Below are positions 10,667 through 21,100 of a stretch of 32,000 nt of DNA, piece by piece. Location: positions 180,001-212,000 of the forward strand of contig CP002278.1 in assembly GCA_000166095.1 (NCBI GenBank), written 5' to 3'. The notes below the pieces were generated by a model. That model was not told the origin of the DNA. It was given only the letters and a program-made list of their open reading frames with translations, and searched no databases. This stretch comes from Methanothermus fervidus DSM 2088 (GTDB lineage: Archaea; Methanobacteriota; Methanobacteria; DSM-2088; Methanothermaceae). The position numbers and the translations under genes are program-made. Each line of letters starts with the position of its first letter. Position 1 is the first letter of the stretch.

Positions 10667-11527
10667 TCACCTATTTATGCTTATAAATCCTTCCTTTTCT
10701 ACAATTTTCTGTCCTTCTCCAAGAATGAAATCTATAAATCTTTTGATTTCTCTTTTTTCTTTTATTGGGATTATGCTTATCACATGCCTAGTTTCATTTT
10801 TCAATAAATTTGATCCCTGGAATTTACTTGCATTCAAAAATGTATAAAAATCTTCTTTTTCTTTTGCAAAGAAAAATGCATCATAAGGAGACCTCATTTT
10901 AACATCTATATTACATTTTATTTTTTTCTCTTTCAAAACTTCTAATCCAAACCTCTGAGAAGTATATGGTACATTAATAAATTTTAGTTCTCCTAATTTT
11001 TCTAACTTATTAATTTTCTTTTTTGAAACTATAGAAAGATAATCATAAGCTATAGGAATAAAATTTAAGTCATTTTTATAAGCTAATAGTGGATCATCCA
11101 ATGTTAAAATATCTGGAATGTATTTCCTTGCCATCTGTAATGCTTCATAATCATTACTTGCATAAATGAAAATATCTGTGCCATGGTTTTCAGCTAATTT
11201 CCCAATAAGGTTGCTTGAAATATATCCTCCACACACTACAATTCTGTCAAAATCTTTTAATCTGCTGAGATATCTATCATATATTTTTAAAATTTTCATG
11301 CCAAAACTAGTTAATTCAGAACCAGTATTTTTAGATTTAATTAATTTTTCTCCGATTTTGGTTTCAGTTTCTCGAATATATCTATTTAATGCAGGAGGAG
11401 AAATCCCTAATATCTCAGAAGCTTTTCTTTGAGAACATGTTTTGTGAATATATCTTAGACCTTCAAGTACTTTATGATTAATTCTTTCACCATTTATTTT
11501 TAAATTTAAAAGTACTTTTTCATCCAT
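10667..11527 (-). CDS. Transcriptional regulator: ModE-N/LysR-type HTH plus a C-terminal ~190-aa putative ligand-binding (PBP-like) domain
   Basis: The N-terminal 90 aa are collinear with E. coli ModE N-domain as I recall it (LLNLKING...LEGLRYIHKTCSQRKASEILGISPPALNRYIRETE...LTSFGMKIL). The C-terminal assignment is tentative. The gene overlaps the upstream regulator by 8 nt. Confidence 0.6.
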   Translation of the reverse strand: MDEKVLLNLKINGERINHKVLEGLRYIHKTCSQRKASEILGISPPALNRYIRETETKIGEKLIKSKNTGSELTSFGMKILKIYDRYLSRLKDFDRIVVCGGYISSNLIGKLAENHGTDIFIYASNDYEALQMARKYIPDILTLDDPLLAYKNDLNFIPIAYDYLSIVSKKKINKLEKLGELKFINVPYTSQRFGLEVLKEKKIKCNIDVKMRSPYDAFFFAKEKEDFYTFLNASKFQGSNLLKNETRHVISIIPIKEKREIKRFIDFILGEGQKIVEKEGFISINR

Positions 11528-12239
11528 GATTCTCTTTATTATTTCTATTTAAAAAAATATTTGCAGCTACTTTTCTTTCAATTTCTAAAGTTTTTTCAGA
11601 CGTTTTTATTTCTATTATTCCTGTAATTGGATTATTTTCAATTATTTTTATTTCATCTCCAATGTTAAGTCCCAAATCCATTACATTTTTAACAAATTTT
11701 TCATTACCCCTGATAAATGAAATGACCGCTCTTTTTCCTTCTTGCATATAAACAAGTGGGACAAGAATTAAATCTCTATAATTAAAGTTTTTAGATTTAG
11801 TACATTCAACACATGTTTTGAAATTGAAGTTACATGCAGGAATTACCCTTCCATGAGGACAACAGGTTGGAAATTTCAAAAACTGGCATAATTTTCTTTC
11901 CACTTCATCAGGTAGATTATGTTCCATCTTACATGCATATTCATGCACAAATTTTTTCTCTATTCCAAGAATTTCATATAGAAATTTTTCTAATAGTTGG
12001 TGTTTCCTAATAATATTTTCTGCAACCTTTATACCTTTGTTTGTTAATTTAGCTCCTTTATATGGATTATATTTAACGTAATTATCTCTTTTAAGTTTTA
12101 TTAACATTTGGGTCACGCTGGCAGGAGCAACGCCAAGATTTTTTGAAATCGATGAAGTTTTTGCATAAGAATATTTCTGACACAGCCTATATATTGTCTC
12201 TAAATACTCCTCTATATTTTGACTAATTTTTTTCTTCAC
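11520..12239 (-). CDS. DtxR/MntR-family metal-dependent repressor with C-terminal FeoA/SH3-like domain and an extra Cys cluster
   Basis: 239 aa. Winged-helix N-terminus (IEEYLETIYRL...SVTQMLIKL), metal-site region (EHNLPDEVERKLCQFLKFPTCCPHG) and FeoA-like tail (GKRAVISFIRG...LGLNIGDEIKI). GTG start with a GAGGT RBS. Confidence 0.8.
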   Translation of the reverse strand: MKKKISQNIEEYLETIYRLCQKYSYAKTSSISKNLGVAPASVTQMLIKLKRDNYVKYNPYKGAKLTNKGIKVAENIIRKHQLLEKFLYEILGIEKKFVHEYACKMEHNLPDEVERKLCQFLKFPTCCPHGRVIPACNFNFKTCVECTKSKNFNYRDLILVPLVYMQEGKRAVISFIRGNEKFVKNVMDLGLNIGDEIKIIENNPITGIIEIKTSEKTLEIERKVAANIFLNRNNKENHG

Positions 12240-12297
12240 TATATCTACCTCACAGAAAATTATTACCTTACCTAAGTTTTTTGTGCCAATGTGAAAA

Positions 12298-12307
12298 TTT
12301 ATATATA
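12298..12307. promoter_or_regulatory. TATA element TTTATATATA in the divergent spacer between the DtxR-like gene and the small PMBR ORF
   Basis: Alternating TA element with an A-rich BRE-like GTGAAAA on its plus-strand 5' side. It lies inside the ORF-track extension that starts at 12281, which argues for the ATG 12359 start of the plus-strand gene. Confidence 0.35.
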
Positions 12308-12358
12308 GGTTATAATTTAGCTACTAATAAAGAACAGATATTGGTACCGGCTGATAAA

Positions 12359-12556
12359 ATGGAAAGTATGAGAATAGAGGAATATCGAGAGTTCATCAAT
12401 GAAATACTAGAATTTAAGGATCAGAACGGTACATTGCCCAAATATATTGTTTTGAATGGAGTTAAATTCAAAAAACATGAATATATTCAAATAATTGAAA
12501 CTATGAATGAATTCATTTTAGAAACTGGACGGAACCCAAAACGTATACATCTATGA
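12359..12556 (+). CDS. Small (65 aa) stand-alone protein with a single pseudomurein-binding-repeat (PMBR)-like motif
   Basis: EEYREFINEILEFKDQNGTLPKYIVLNGVKFKKHEYIQII matches the PMBR pattern (..nG.LP.yv.i.G.......y). No signal peptide is visible. Start placed at ATG 12359 rather than TTG 12281. Confidence 0.45.
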   Translation: MESMRIEEYREFINEILEFKDQNGTLPKYIVLNGVKFKKHEYIQIIETMNEFILETGRNPKRIHL

Positions 12557-13141
12557 TATTTGTGATGGCGTGTTTAAATTTTTAAAACTTTTCAATGATG
12601 GGTCCAGTTCTTCAGCAGAGACAAAGATAGCATTGATCTCCTTAACAAATGATGTGACACTTCTTTCATTCTTTGTTATTTTTTTATGTATTTTTTTTCT
12701 TACACTCTTATGGTAGAGAGCATGAAGTGGTTCTATTTTTCCATTTGCATGTTTAGGAACTACAGCTTCAGCTCCTAAGTCCTTAGATAAAAAATTAAGC
12801 ATGTTTTTTATGAACTTTTCATTGATAAATGGCGAATCACATGGAACAACCAATGAATAATCAGACTTAACATATTTTAATCCTGTAAATATTCCCATTA
12901 ATGGTCCTTGATCTTTTACCTCATCAGTTACAATTTTTAGAGATTTTAAATTATTAAGGACTTTTTTATATTTATTTTTTTGCTTTTCATCTCTTAATAC
13001 AACTATTATTTCATCCACAAAATTTTTTAGAGAATTTATAACGTGCAATATCATAGGACGACCATTAATTTTTAATAATCCTTTATCTTGCCCCATTCTT
13101 CTACTTTTACCACCACAAAGAACTATTGCAGATTTAATCAT
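12551..13141 (-). CDS. mobA: Molybdenum cofactor guanylyltransferase MobA
   Basis: AIVLCGGKSRRMGQDKGLL N-terminal signature, and a DxD-type VVPCDSPF. Start moved to ATG 13141 (MIKSAIVL...) with a GAGGA RBS 9 nt upstream. TTG 13156 would overlap the guaB stop as TTGA and cannot be excluded. Confidence 0.85.
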   Translation of the reverse strand: MIKSAIVLCGGKSRRMGQDKGLLKINGRPMILHVINSLKNFVDEIIVVLRDEKQKNKYKKVLNNLKSLKIVTDEVKDQGPLMGIFTGLKYVKSDYSLVVPCDSPFINEKFIKNMLNFLSKDLGAEAVVPKHANGKIEPLHALYHKSVRKKIHKKITKNERSVTSFVKEINAIFVSAEELDPSLKSFKNLNTPSQIS

Positions 13142-13152
13142 TTTAACTTTCC

Positions 13153-14646
<1,494 letters not shown>

Positions 14647-15360
14647 CTAAAAACCTTTAATAATATTTTTAAGTTCTGAAACTGCAGAACGATGGATGTA
14701 ACCTTTGTTACGATCACCGCCAATACAAGCAGCGCCTCTTATGCCTACAATATCACATCCAATCTCATGTAATAATTTTACATGTTCTTTTTTCAATGAT
14801 CCAGCTAGTGCACACTTGAGACCATGATCGTGTGAATTTTCTACAAATTCTGCAAGTTCATTTAAATTTAAAAAATCTAAAAGGCATTTACCATCCTTTA
14901 TGGCTGTATCTAACATTGCAACATCTGCATCCGCATCTGCAGCTATGTTTGGAATTTCCATAGGATCTACAGAATTTACGCGTTTAGCATCTCCATAACC
15001 AGCTGCTACAACAAATGCTTCAGATTCACTATATTCTACAGTTTTAACAGCATTTTTCATAACTTCTAGTGCTTGTTCATAATTTTTAGTTCCATATAAT
15101 CCTATTTTTACATAGTCAGCTCCTGATGTTACTGCACCAAGTACAGCTAATGACACAGTTCCTGGTTTATAATCAATGTCACCTACAGTAGCGCTAAGTA
15201 ATTTATCTTTTGGTATTATTTCTTTTATAGATTTTATAACCCAAGGAAAATTCGCACCTAAAGATCCTTCTTTAGGATTTTTTACATCTATTATGTCTGC
15301 GCCACCTTCTATGGCTTCTTTCGCTTCTTTTGTATTAATTGGACTTACTAACAATAACAA
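14647..15360 (-). CDS. mfnB: (5-formylfuran-3-yl)methyl phosphate synthase MfnB (methanofuran biosynthesis, DUF556)
   Basis: [39 protein letters not shown] is nearly collinear with MJ1099 as I recall it. Start moved to TTG 15360 (MLLLVSP) because a GGAGG RBS sits at 15369-15373. The ORF-track start 15375 is a TTG inside that RBS. Confidence 0.85.
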   Translation of the reverse strand: MLLLVSPINTKEAKEAIEGGADIIDVKNPKEGSLGANFPWVIKSIKEIIPKDKLLSATVGDIDYKPGTVSLAVLGAVTSGADYVKIGLYGTKNYEQALEVMKNAVKTVEYSESEAFVVAAGYGDAKRVNSVDPMEIPNIAADADADVAMLDTAIKDGKCLLDFLNLNELAEFVENSHDHGLKCALAGSLKKEHVKLLHEIGCDIVGIRGAACIGGDRNKGYIHRSAVSELKNIIKGF

Positions 15361-15397
15361 ATTACAACCCTCCAAATCTTAAAACTAACAAGATTAT

Positions 15398-15407
15398 TTT
15401 TTATAAA
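15398..15407 (-). promoter_or_regulatory. Candidate TATA box (TTTATAAAAA on the minus strand) for mfnB
   Basis: Centred about 26 nt upstream of position ~15376, just 5' of the GGAGG RBS. The flanking T-runs on the minus strand would also serve as a terminator for the upstream GT4 gene. Confidence 0.35.
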
Positions 15408-15433
15408 AAGTGTTTTTTTATAAATAAAAATTT

Positions 15434-16570
15434 TTACTTTTTTGGTTTTGAAAGTATTTCTTTTAATTTCATTTCTAAAATTTTACCAATGTTGTCTCTA
15501 CTATATTCCTTGTATTTGTCTTTACATTCCTTTTTAAGTTTTGTGTAAAGTCTTTTATTTGTTAAAATTTTTTTAATTTTGTTAGCGAGGTCCACATAAT
15601 CTGTAGGCTTAAAGAATAAACCTCCTTTCATGCCTGTAGATTCAACTATTGCAGGGATTTTTGTTGCCACAAATGGAACTTGACAACCCATTGCTTCTAT
15701 AACTACGATTCCAAATCCTTCTACAATACTAGGAATACAAAAAACATGTGCAGATTTAATTATTTTTAGAACATCTTCATGTTTTTCGATAAATCCACAA
15801 AATTCTATGTTTTTTTCAATATTAAGTTTTTTTGTCAATTCCTTTAAGTAATTTAACATAGGACCTGTTCCTACAATCTTACATCTAATATTTGGGATAT
15901 CTTTTTTAATTATATGTATAGCTCTTATGAGATCTTCAACTCTTTTGTATTTTACAAGCCTTGAAACACATACTATTGTGGGATTATTACTTTTATCCAC
16001 TTCGGGTACATTTATATCCACGATATTTGGTATAACTTCAATTTTGTTGCTATCAGCATATTTTTTCAATTTATTTTTTGTATAGTTTGATACAGCAAAT
16101 ATTGCATCAAAGTTTCGTGAAAGATTAAATCTTTCTAAAAATTCCCCAAAAATACCACTTATACCTATATTTTTTGTCCATTCACCTATCCAAACATCAT
16201 GATAGCGAGCTACTACAGGTATGCCCTTACTTTTTGATATTAACCATGCAATAGAATGTGTAATAAAATTATAACCAATTACAATATCAAAATCAAATTT
16301 TCTACTTTTTAGATATGCATCTATCATAAAAATTATTCTTTTAAAAAAAGAACCACTTTGTGTGTATTTTCTTTCTAAACCACAAGTAATAACTTTTATT
16401 TTGCCGATTTTATATGAAGGAGGCATTCCTTTTTCTCTAGAAGTTAAGACAATTACATCATGATTTTTAGATAAATATAGTGCTTCATTAAATGCACAAC
16501 CTTCTGCTCCACCCCTAATCTCAAACTTTTCACTCCTTGGAAAATACTCAGTCACGATCCCTATCTTCAT
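15434..16570 (-). CDS. Glycosyltransferase family 4 (GT-B fold)
   Basis: MKIGIVTEYFP N-terminus and C-terminal E-x7-E region (IPSIVEGFGIVVIEAMGCQVP). Start set to ATG 16570 with an AGGGTGA RBS. ATG 16582 is also possible. Confidence 0.85.
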   Translation of the reverse strand: MKIGIVTEYFPRSEKFEIRGGAEGCAFNEALYLSKNHDVIVLTSREKGMPPSYKIGKIKVITCGLERKYTQSGSFFKRIIFMIDAYLKSRKFDFDIVIGYNFITHSIAWLISKSKGIPVVARYHDVWIGEWTKNIGISGIFGEFLERFNLSRNFDAIFAVSNYTKNKLKKYADSNKIEVIPNIVDINVPEVDKSNNPTIVCVSRLVKYKRVEDLIRAIHIIKKDIPNIRCKIVGTGPMLNYLKELTKKLNIEKNIEFCGFIEKHEDVLKIIKSAHVFCIPSIVEGFGIVVIEAMGCQVPFVATKIPAIVESTGMKGGLFFKPTDYVDLANKIKKILTNKRLYTKLKKECKDKYKEYSRDNIGKILEMKLKEILSKPKK

Positions 16571-16889
16571 CTTCACCCTCATTTAAGGCTAATTTGTGAA
16601 TAATCTCTGATATTTCGGTCTTTAAATCTTCTATCATTAAATATATTTTGAAAAGTAAGTAGTAACAACCAAGTATTGCTATTATTATAATAATGTCAAG
16701 TCCTCGTCCAATTCCAAAAATTTTGGCAAGTATGGTTGTAAATTTTGGAAATATAGATACTAACAATAAAAATGACCATACAAAAATCCAAAATATGAAG
16801 GGGGGAGAAGATATTTTTCCTTCTCTAAATTTTTTAATTGTTATTATGATCCCAATGATTGCAATAAAAAACGCAATTACATATATCAT
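16548..16889 (-). CDS. Small 4-TM membrane protein, DUF2304-like, GT2-associated
   Basis: 113 aa. Hydrophobic segments plus an acidic tail (EGEDEDRDRD). Its position directly downstream of a GT2 gene is typical of DUF2304. Confidence 0.55.
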   Translation of the reverse strand: MIYVIAFFIAIIGIIITIKKFREGKISSPPFIFWIFVWSFLLLVSIFPKFTTILAKIFGIGRGLDIIIIIAILGCYYLLFKIYLMIEDLKTEISEIIHKLALNEGEDEDRDRD

Positions 16890-16902
16890 AACATATGCAC
16901 CT

Positions 16903-17589
16903 CTACCTTCTAAACCTGTTTATCATTATTCTAAGAGCTATTTTAATTCCTTCTATGGGATTAGTACCTTTATTTAGGCTATATTCAGTGTAAAGTGTTT
17001 TAATATTCACTTCTTCAATTTTAAGGTTTTTCCTTTTTATTTCTCCAATTATGTCAGACGAAACAGAATAACCACGTGAATAGATTTCTATTTTTTCTGC
17101 TGCATTCCTTGTAAAAGCTCTTAATCCACATTGCGAATCATTTACATGTAATCCATAAAAAAGAAATGTAATAAAGTTAAGTATGATATTTCCAATCCTT
17201 CTTGAGAATGGCATCTCTGAAAAATTTCGTTTACCAATTACAACATCTGCTTTGTCCCTTTTCAATACATTGAGAAGTTTTTGAATATCATCAGGGTCAT
17301 GCTGACCATCAGCATCAAAAGTGACTATGTAGTCAGCATTTTTTCTTAATGCAGCTTTTATTCCTGTCTTCAATGCTACTCCTAGTCCAGCATTAACTAT
17401 GTGGTGATATACATGTAACTTGTCCCTATATTTTGATTTTAACTTCTTCAATATTTCCCTTGTCCTATCTTCAGATCCGTCGTTTACAACAACCACTTCA
17501 TAATTTCTTTCGCATAATTCAGTTACTACCTCTTCAATATGTTTTTCTTCATTATATGCTGGAACTACTACCATTACTTTATCTACCAT
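16903..17589 (-). CDS. Glycosyltransferase family 2 (polyprenyl-phosphate glycosyltransferase-like)
   Basis: VVVPAYNEEKHI, VVVNDGSEDRT and FDADGQH (DxD) motifs. 228 aa soluble GT-A domain. Confidence 0.85.
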   Translation of the reverse strand: MVDKVMVVVPAYNEEKHIEEVVTELCERNYEVVVVNDGSEDRTREILKKLKSKYRDKLHVYHHIVNAGLGVALKTGIKAALRKNADYIVTFDADGQHDPDDIQKLLNVLKRDKADVVIGKRNFSEMPFSRRIGNIILNFITFLFYGLHVNDSQCGLRAFTRNAAEKIEIYSRGYSVSSDIIGEIKRKNLKIEEVNIKTLYTEYSLNKGTNPIEGIKIALRIMINRFRR

Positions 17590-18182
17590 TTTTCCCCACG
17601 ATGCAACTTTAATGCAACCCTAGCAACTCTTCTTCCAAGGTTTTCAGAAGTTTCAATGCCTACATCATCATCTTTACAATCTCCCACGGCAAATCCAACC
17701 CCTGTGCCTCCATAGTGAGCTGTTGGTGATGCATCGCCAACAACTATAGCTTCATGAATTAGGAAGAAATTATGTATTGACATGCATGAAGTTTCTTGGC
17801 CTCCATTACGTGATCCACCGACTGTTATTGCACCTCCAACTTTATCTCTCATTTCAAACCCATTTGCACGAAGAGGCAATGTTCTATCCATGAAAATTTT
17901 TGTTTGAGCAGATATGTCTCCAAAGTAAACTGGGCTTCCAATAATTATTCCTTGACTTTCTCTTATTTTATCTAAGATTTTACCCATGTCATCATCTATT
18001 GAACATCTTCCTTCCTTTCTACAAGTCATACAAGATTTGCATGGATTTATATCATATTTTGCTAAATGTATAAGTTCTGTTTCAGCTCCTTCTTCTTCTG
18101 CAGCTTTTAATGCTTTTTCAACTAAAAATTTTGTATTACCTTCAAGTCTAGGACTTCCAACTATTCCTATAACCTTAACCAT
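17583..18182 (-). CDS. Iron-sulfur flavoprotein (Isf-like, NADPH-dependent FMN reductase fold)
   Basis: IGIVGSPRLEGNT flavodoxin-like N-terminus and a compact CKSCMTCRKEGRC (Cx2Cx2Cx5C) motif. Start moved to ATG 18182 with a GGAGGTGA RBS. The ORF-track GTG 18191 lies inside that RBS. Confidence 0.75.
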   Translation of the reverse strand: MVKVIGIVGSPRLEGNTKFLVEKALKAAEEEGAETELIHLAKYDINPCKSCMTCRKEGRCSIDDDMGKILDKIRESQGIIIGSPVYFGDISAQTKIFMDRTLPLRANGFEMRDKVGGAITVGGSRNGGQETSCMSIHNFFLIHEAIVVGDASPTAHYGGTGVGFAVGDCKDDDVGIETSENLGRRVARVALKLHRGEKW

Positions 18183-18195
18183 ATAATTCACCTCC

Positions 18196-19537
<1,342 letters not shown>

Positions 19538-19567
19538 GGTAACACCTCAATTTAAGAATGGAAAAAG

Positions 19568-19577
19568 TTATATATAA
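19568..19577. promoter_or_regulatory. Perfectly palindromic TATA element TTATATATAA between divergent cbiO and tRNA-Val
   Basis: Its centre is about 26 nt upstream of the first base of mature tRNA-Val (19599) and about 26 nt from position ~19546 on the other strand, near the cbiO RBS at 19543-19548. Purine-rich BRE-like sequences lie on both sides (GGAAAAAG / AGAAGTGG). Confidence 0.45.
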
Positions 19578-19598
19578 CCACTTCTAAAAAAATAAAAT

Positions 19599-19672
19599 GG
19601 GCCGGTGGTCTAGTGGCCTAGGATGCCTCCCTGACGAGGAGGTGGTCGCGAGTTCGAATCTCGTCCGGCCCA
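19599..19672 (+). tRNA. tRNA-Val (anticodon GAC)
   Basis: Manual cloverleaf. Acceptor GGGCCGG/CCGGCCC. D-arm GTCT/GGAT. Anticodon stem CCTCC/GGAGG with loop CTGACGA. T-arm GCGAG-TTCGAAT-CTCGT. Discriminator A. No encoded CCA. Confidence 0.93.
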
Positions 19673-19675
19673 CTT

Positions 19676-19749
19676 GCCGTGGTAGTTCAGCCTGGGAGAA
19701 CGCCGGACTGAAGATCCGGTTGTCGCCGGTTCAAATCCGGCCCACGGCA
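19676..19749 (+). tRNA. tRNA-Phe (anticodon GAA)
   Basis: Manual cloverleaf. Acceptor GCCGTGG/CCACGGC. D-arm GTTC/GAAC. Anticodon stem CCGGA/TCCGG with loop CTGAAGA. T-arm GCCGG-TTCAAAT-CCGGC. Discriminator A. No encoded CCA. Confidence 0.93.
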
Positions 19750-21014
19750 TCTCCTTTTAAATATGTAGAGGTTGCTTCTTTTATTTTAACTTTTATGATT
19801 TCTCCTGGTTTTCCACTATTGACAATTACTGGGATATATGAACTTGTTCTGCCAATATATCCGCCTTTTTTACCTTTCTCAACAATAAGTACTTTTTGCT
19901 CTGTTCCTACTAGCTTCTTATTTTCTTCCCTCATTATTTTATTTTTTATTTCCTCAATAATTCTTGATCGTTCTTTAACCTCATTATGGTCCAATTCATC
20001 GAGTTTTGAAGATTTTGCTCCGGGACGATGTGCATATCTTGAGGAATGTATGAAGTTGGGTTTTATCTCATTCAAAAGTTCGCATGTCTTCTTAAAGTCC
20101 TCTCTACTTTCTGTTGGAAATCCAACAATGATATCTGTTGCTATACTAATTTCTGGAATTTTTTTTCTGAATTTTCTTACAATCTTTTTGAAATCTTTGA
20201 CTTTATAACCTCTGTTCATGTCCCTCAGTACTTTGTCGCTACCGCTTTGAACAGGTAAATGTAAAAATTTGTATATTTTTTCAGAATCATAGGCATCTAC
20301 CAATTCATCCAAAATTTTTTTAACGTTTTTAGGATGCATCATTCCGACTCTGATCTTAAATTTTCCATCTAAGGATGTTATTTTATTTATTAATGTGGGT
20401 AAGTCACATCCAATATCTCTGCCATATGCTGCAGTATCTTGTGCAGTTAGTTGTATTTCCACACAACCATCTTCTATTGCTTTTTTAACATCTTTTACAA
20501 TAGAATCAAGAGGATAACTATATAGTCTACCTCTTGCAAACCTTGTACAACAGTAACTACAGTTGCCTAGACATCCTTCACAAATTTGAACGATATGGAT
20601 GTGAGAATTAAATCTCTTTTTAGGCATCTCAACCTTAATTTTTGAGTCTTTGCCATATACTTTCTTTTTGTTACCATTTATTACGGATTTTACAACTTCT
20701 GGGGCTTTATGGAGTTTGTGAGGTCCCAACCAAGCAGATTCCGGTGCTATTTTTTTTAATTTTTCAGGATCTATTTCAACCATGCATCCAGCTACTATTA
20801 ACTCTTTTGATTTGTAAGTATTTTGCAATTCTCTAATTCTGTTAATAATTTTGTGTTCAGTTGGCTGTTTTACATAACATGTGTTTAAAATTATGACATC
20901 TGCTTCATCTATACTGTCAACTACCTTAATGTTTTCTTTTTCTAATATTCCTGCAATTATTTGTGAATCTGCTTTATTATATGTACATCCATAGGTTTCT
21001 ATGTAGACTTTCAT
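19731..21014 (-). CDS. MiaB-like radical SAM tRNA methylthiotransferase, archaeal type (UPF0004 + radical SAM + TRAM domains)
   Basis: 427 aa. N-terminal YIETYGCTYNKADS, radical SAM CEGCLGNCSYC and a C-terminal TRAM-like GEIIKVKIKEA. The last six codons run into the complement of tRNA-Phe. Confidence 0.85.
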   Translation of the reverse strand: MKVYIETYGCTYNKADSQIIAGILEKENIKVVDSIDEADVIILNTCYVKQPTEHKIINRIRELQNTYKSKELIVAGCMVEIDPEKLKKIAPESAWLGPHKLHKAPEVVKSVINGNKKKVYGKDSKIKVEMPKKRFNSHIHIVQICEGCLGNCSYCCTRFARGRLYSYPLDSIVKDVKKAIEDGCVEIQLTAQDTAAYGRDIGCDLPTLINKITSLDGKFKIRVGMMHPKNVKKILDELVDAYDSEKIYKFLHLPVQSGSDKVLRDMNRGYKVKDFKKIVRKFRKKIPEISIATDIIVGFPTESREDFKKTCELLNEIKPNFIHSSRYAHRPGAKSSKLDELDHNEVKERSRIIEEIKNKIMREENKKLVGTEQKVLIVEKGKKGGYIGRTSSYIPVIVNSGKPGEIIKVKIKEATSTYLKGDAVGRI

Positions 21015-21100
21015 GGTTCCTGATCATCATGTTTTTGACAAAAAAAGTAGATTTCTATATTTTAGTTTTAAAATTTTAAATAAATAAATTTTTTTGGAAT

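Noticed and set aside
12251-12285. Imperfect inverted repeat CACAGAAAA-N17-TTTTTTGTG in the leader of the DtxR-like gene, a possible autoregulatory operator or hairpin
   Set aside because: It has one mismatch in 9 bp, is A/T-dominated, and has a long spacer unlike known DtxR/MntR boxes. I cannot distinguish it from chance without comparative data.
19597-20208. 203-aa plus-strand ORF in the six-frame track
   Set aside because: Its first ~50 codons are simply the two tRNA genes read as protein. The rest is antisense to the well-supported MiaB-like CDS. Its composition (S/L/F/I-rich) is typical of the antisense frame of a K/E-rich gene.
21015-21100. 86-nt AT-rich spacer between pcm and the MiaB-like gene, as a possible small RNA locus
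   Set aside because: A promoter for the MiaB-like gene explains it well: the minus-strand TATA-like TAAAATATAGAA at ~21053-21064, with an AGGA RBS near 21018-21021. I could find no stable stem-loop or conserved-looking structure.
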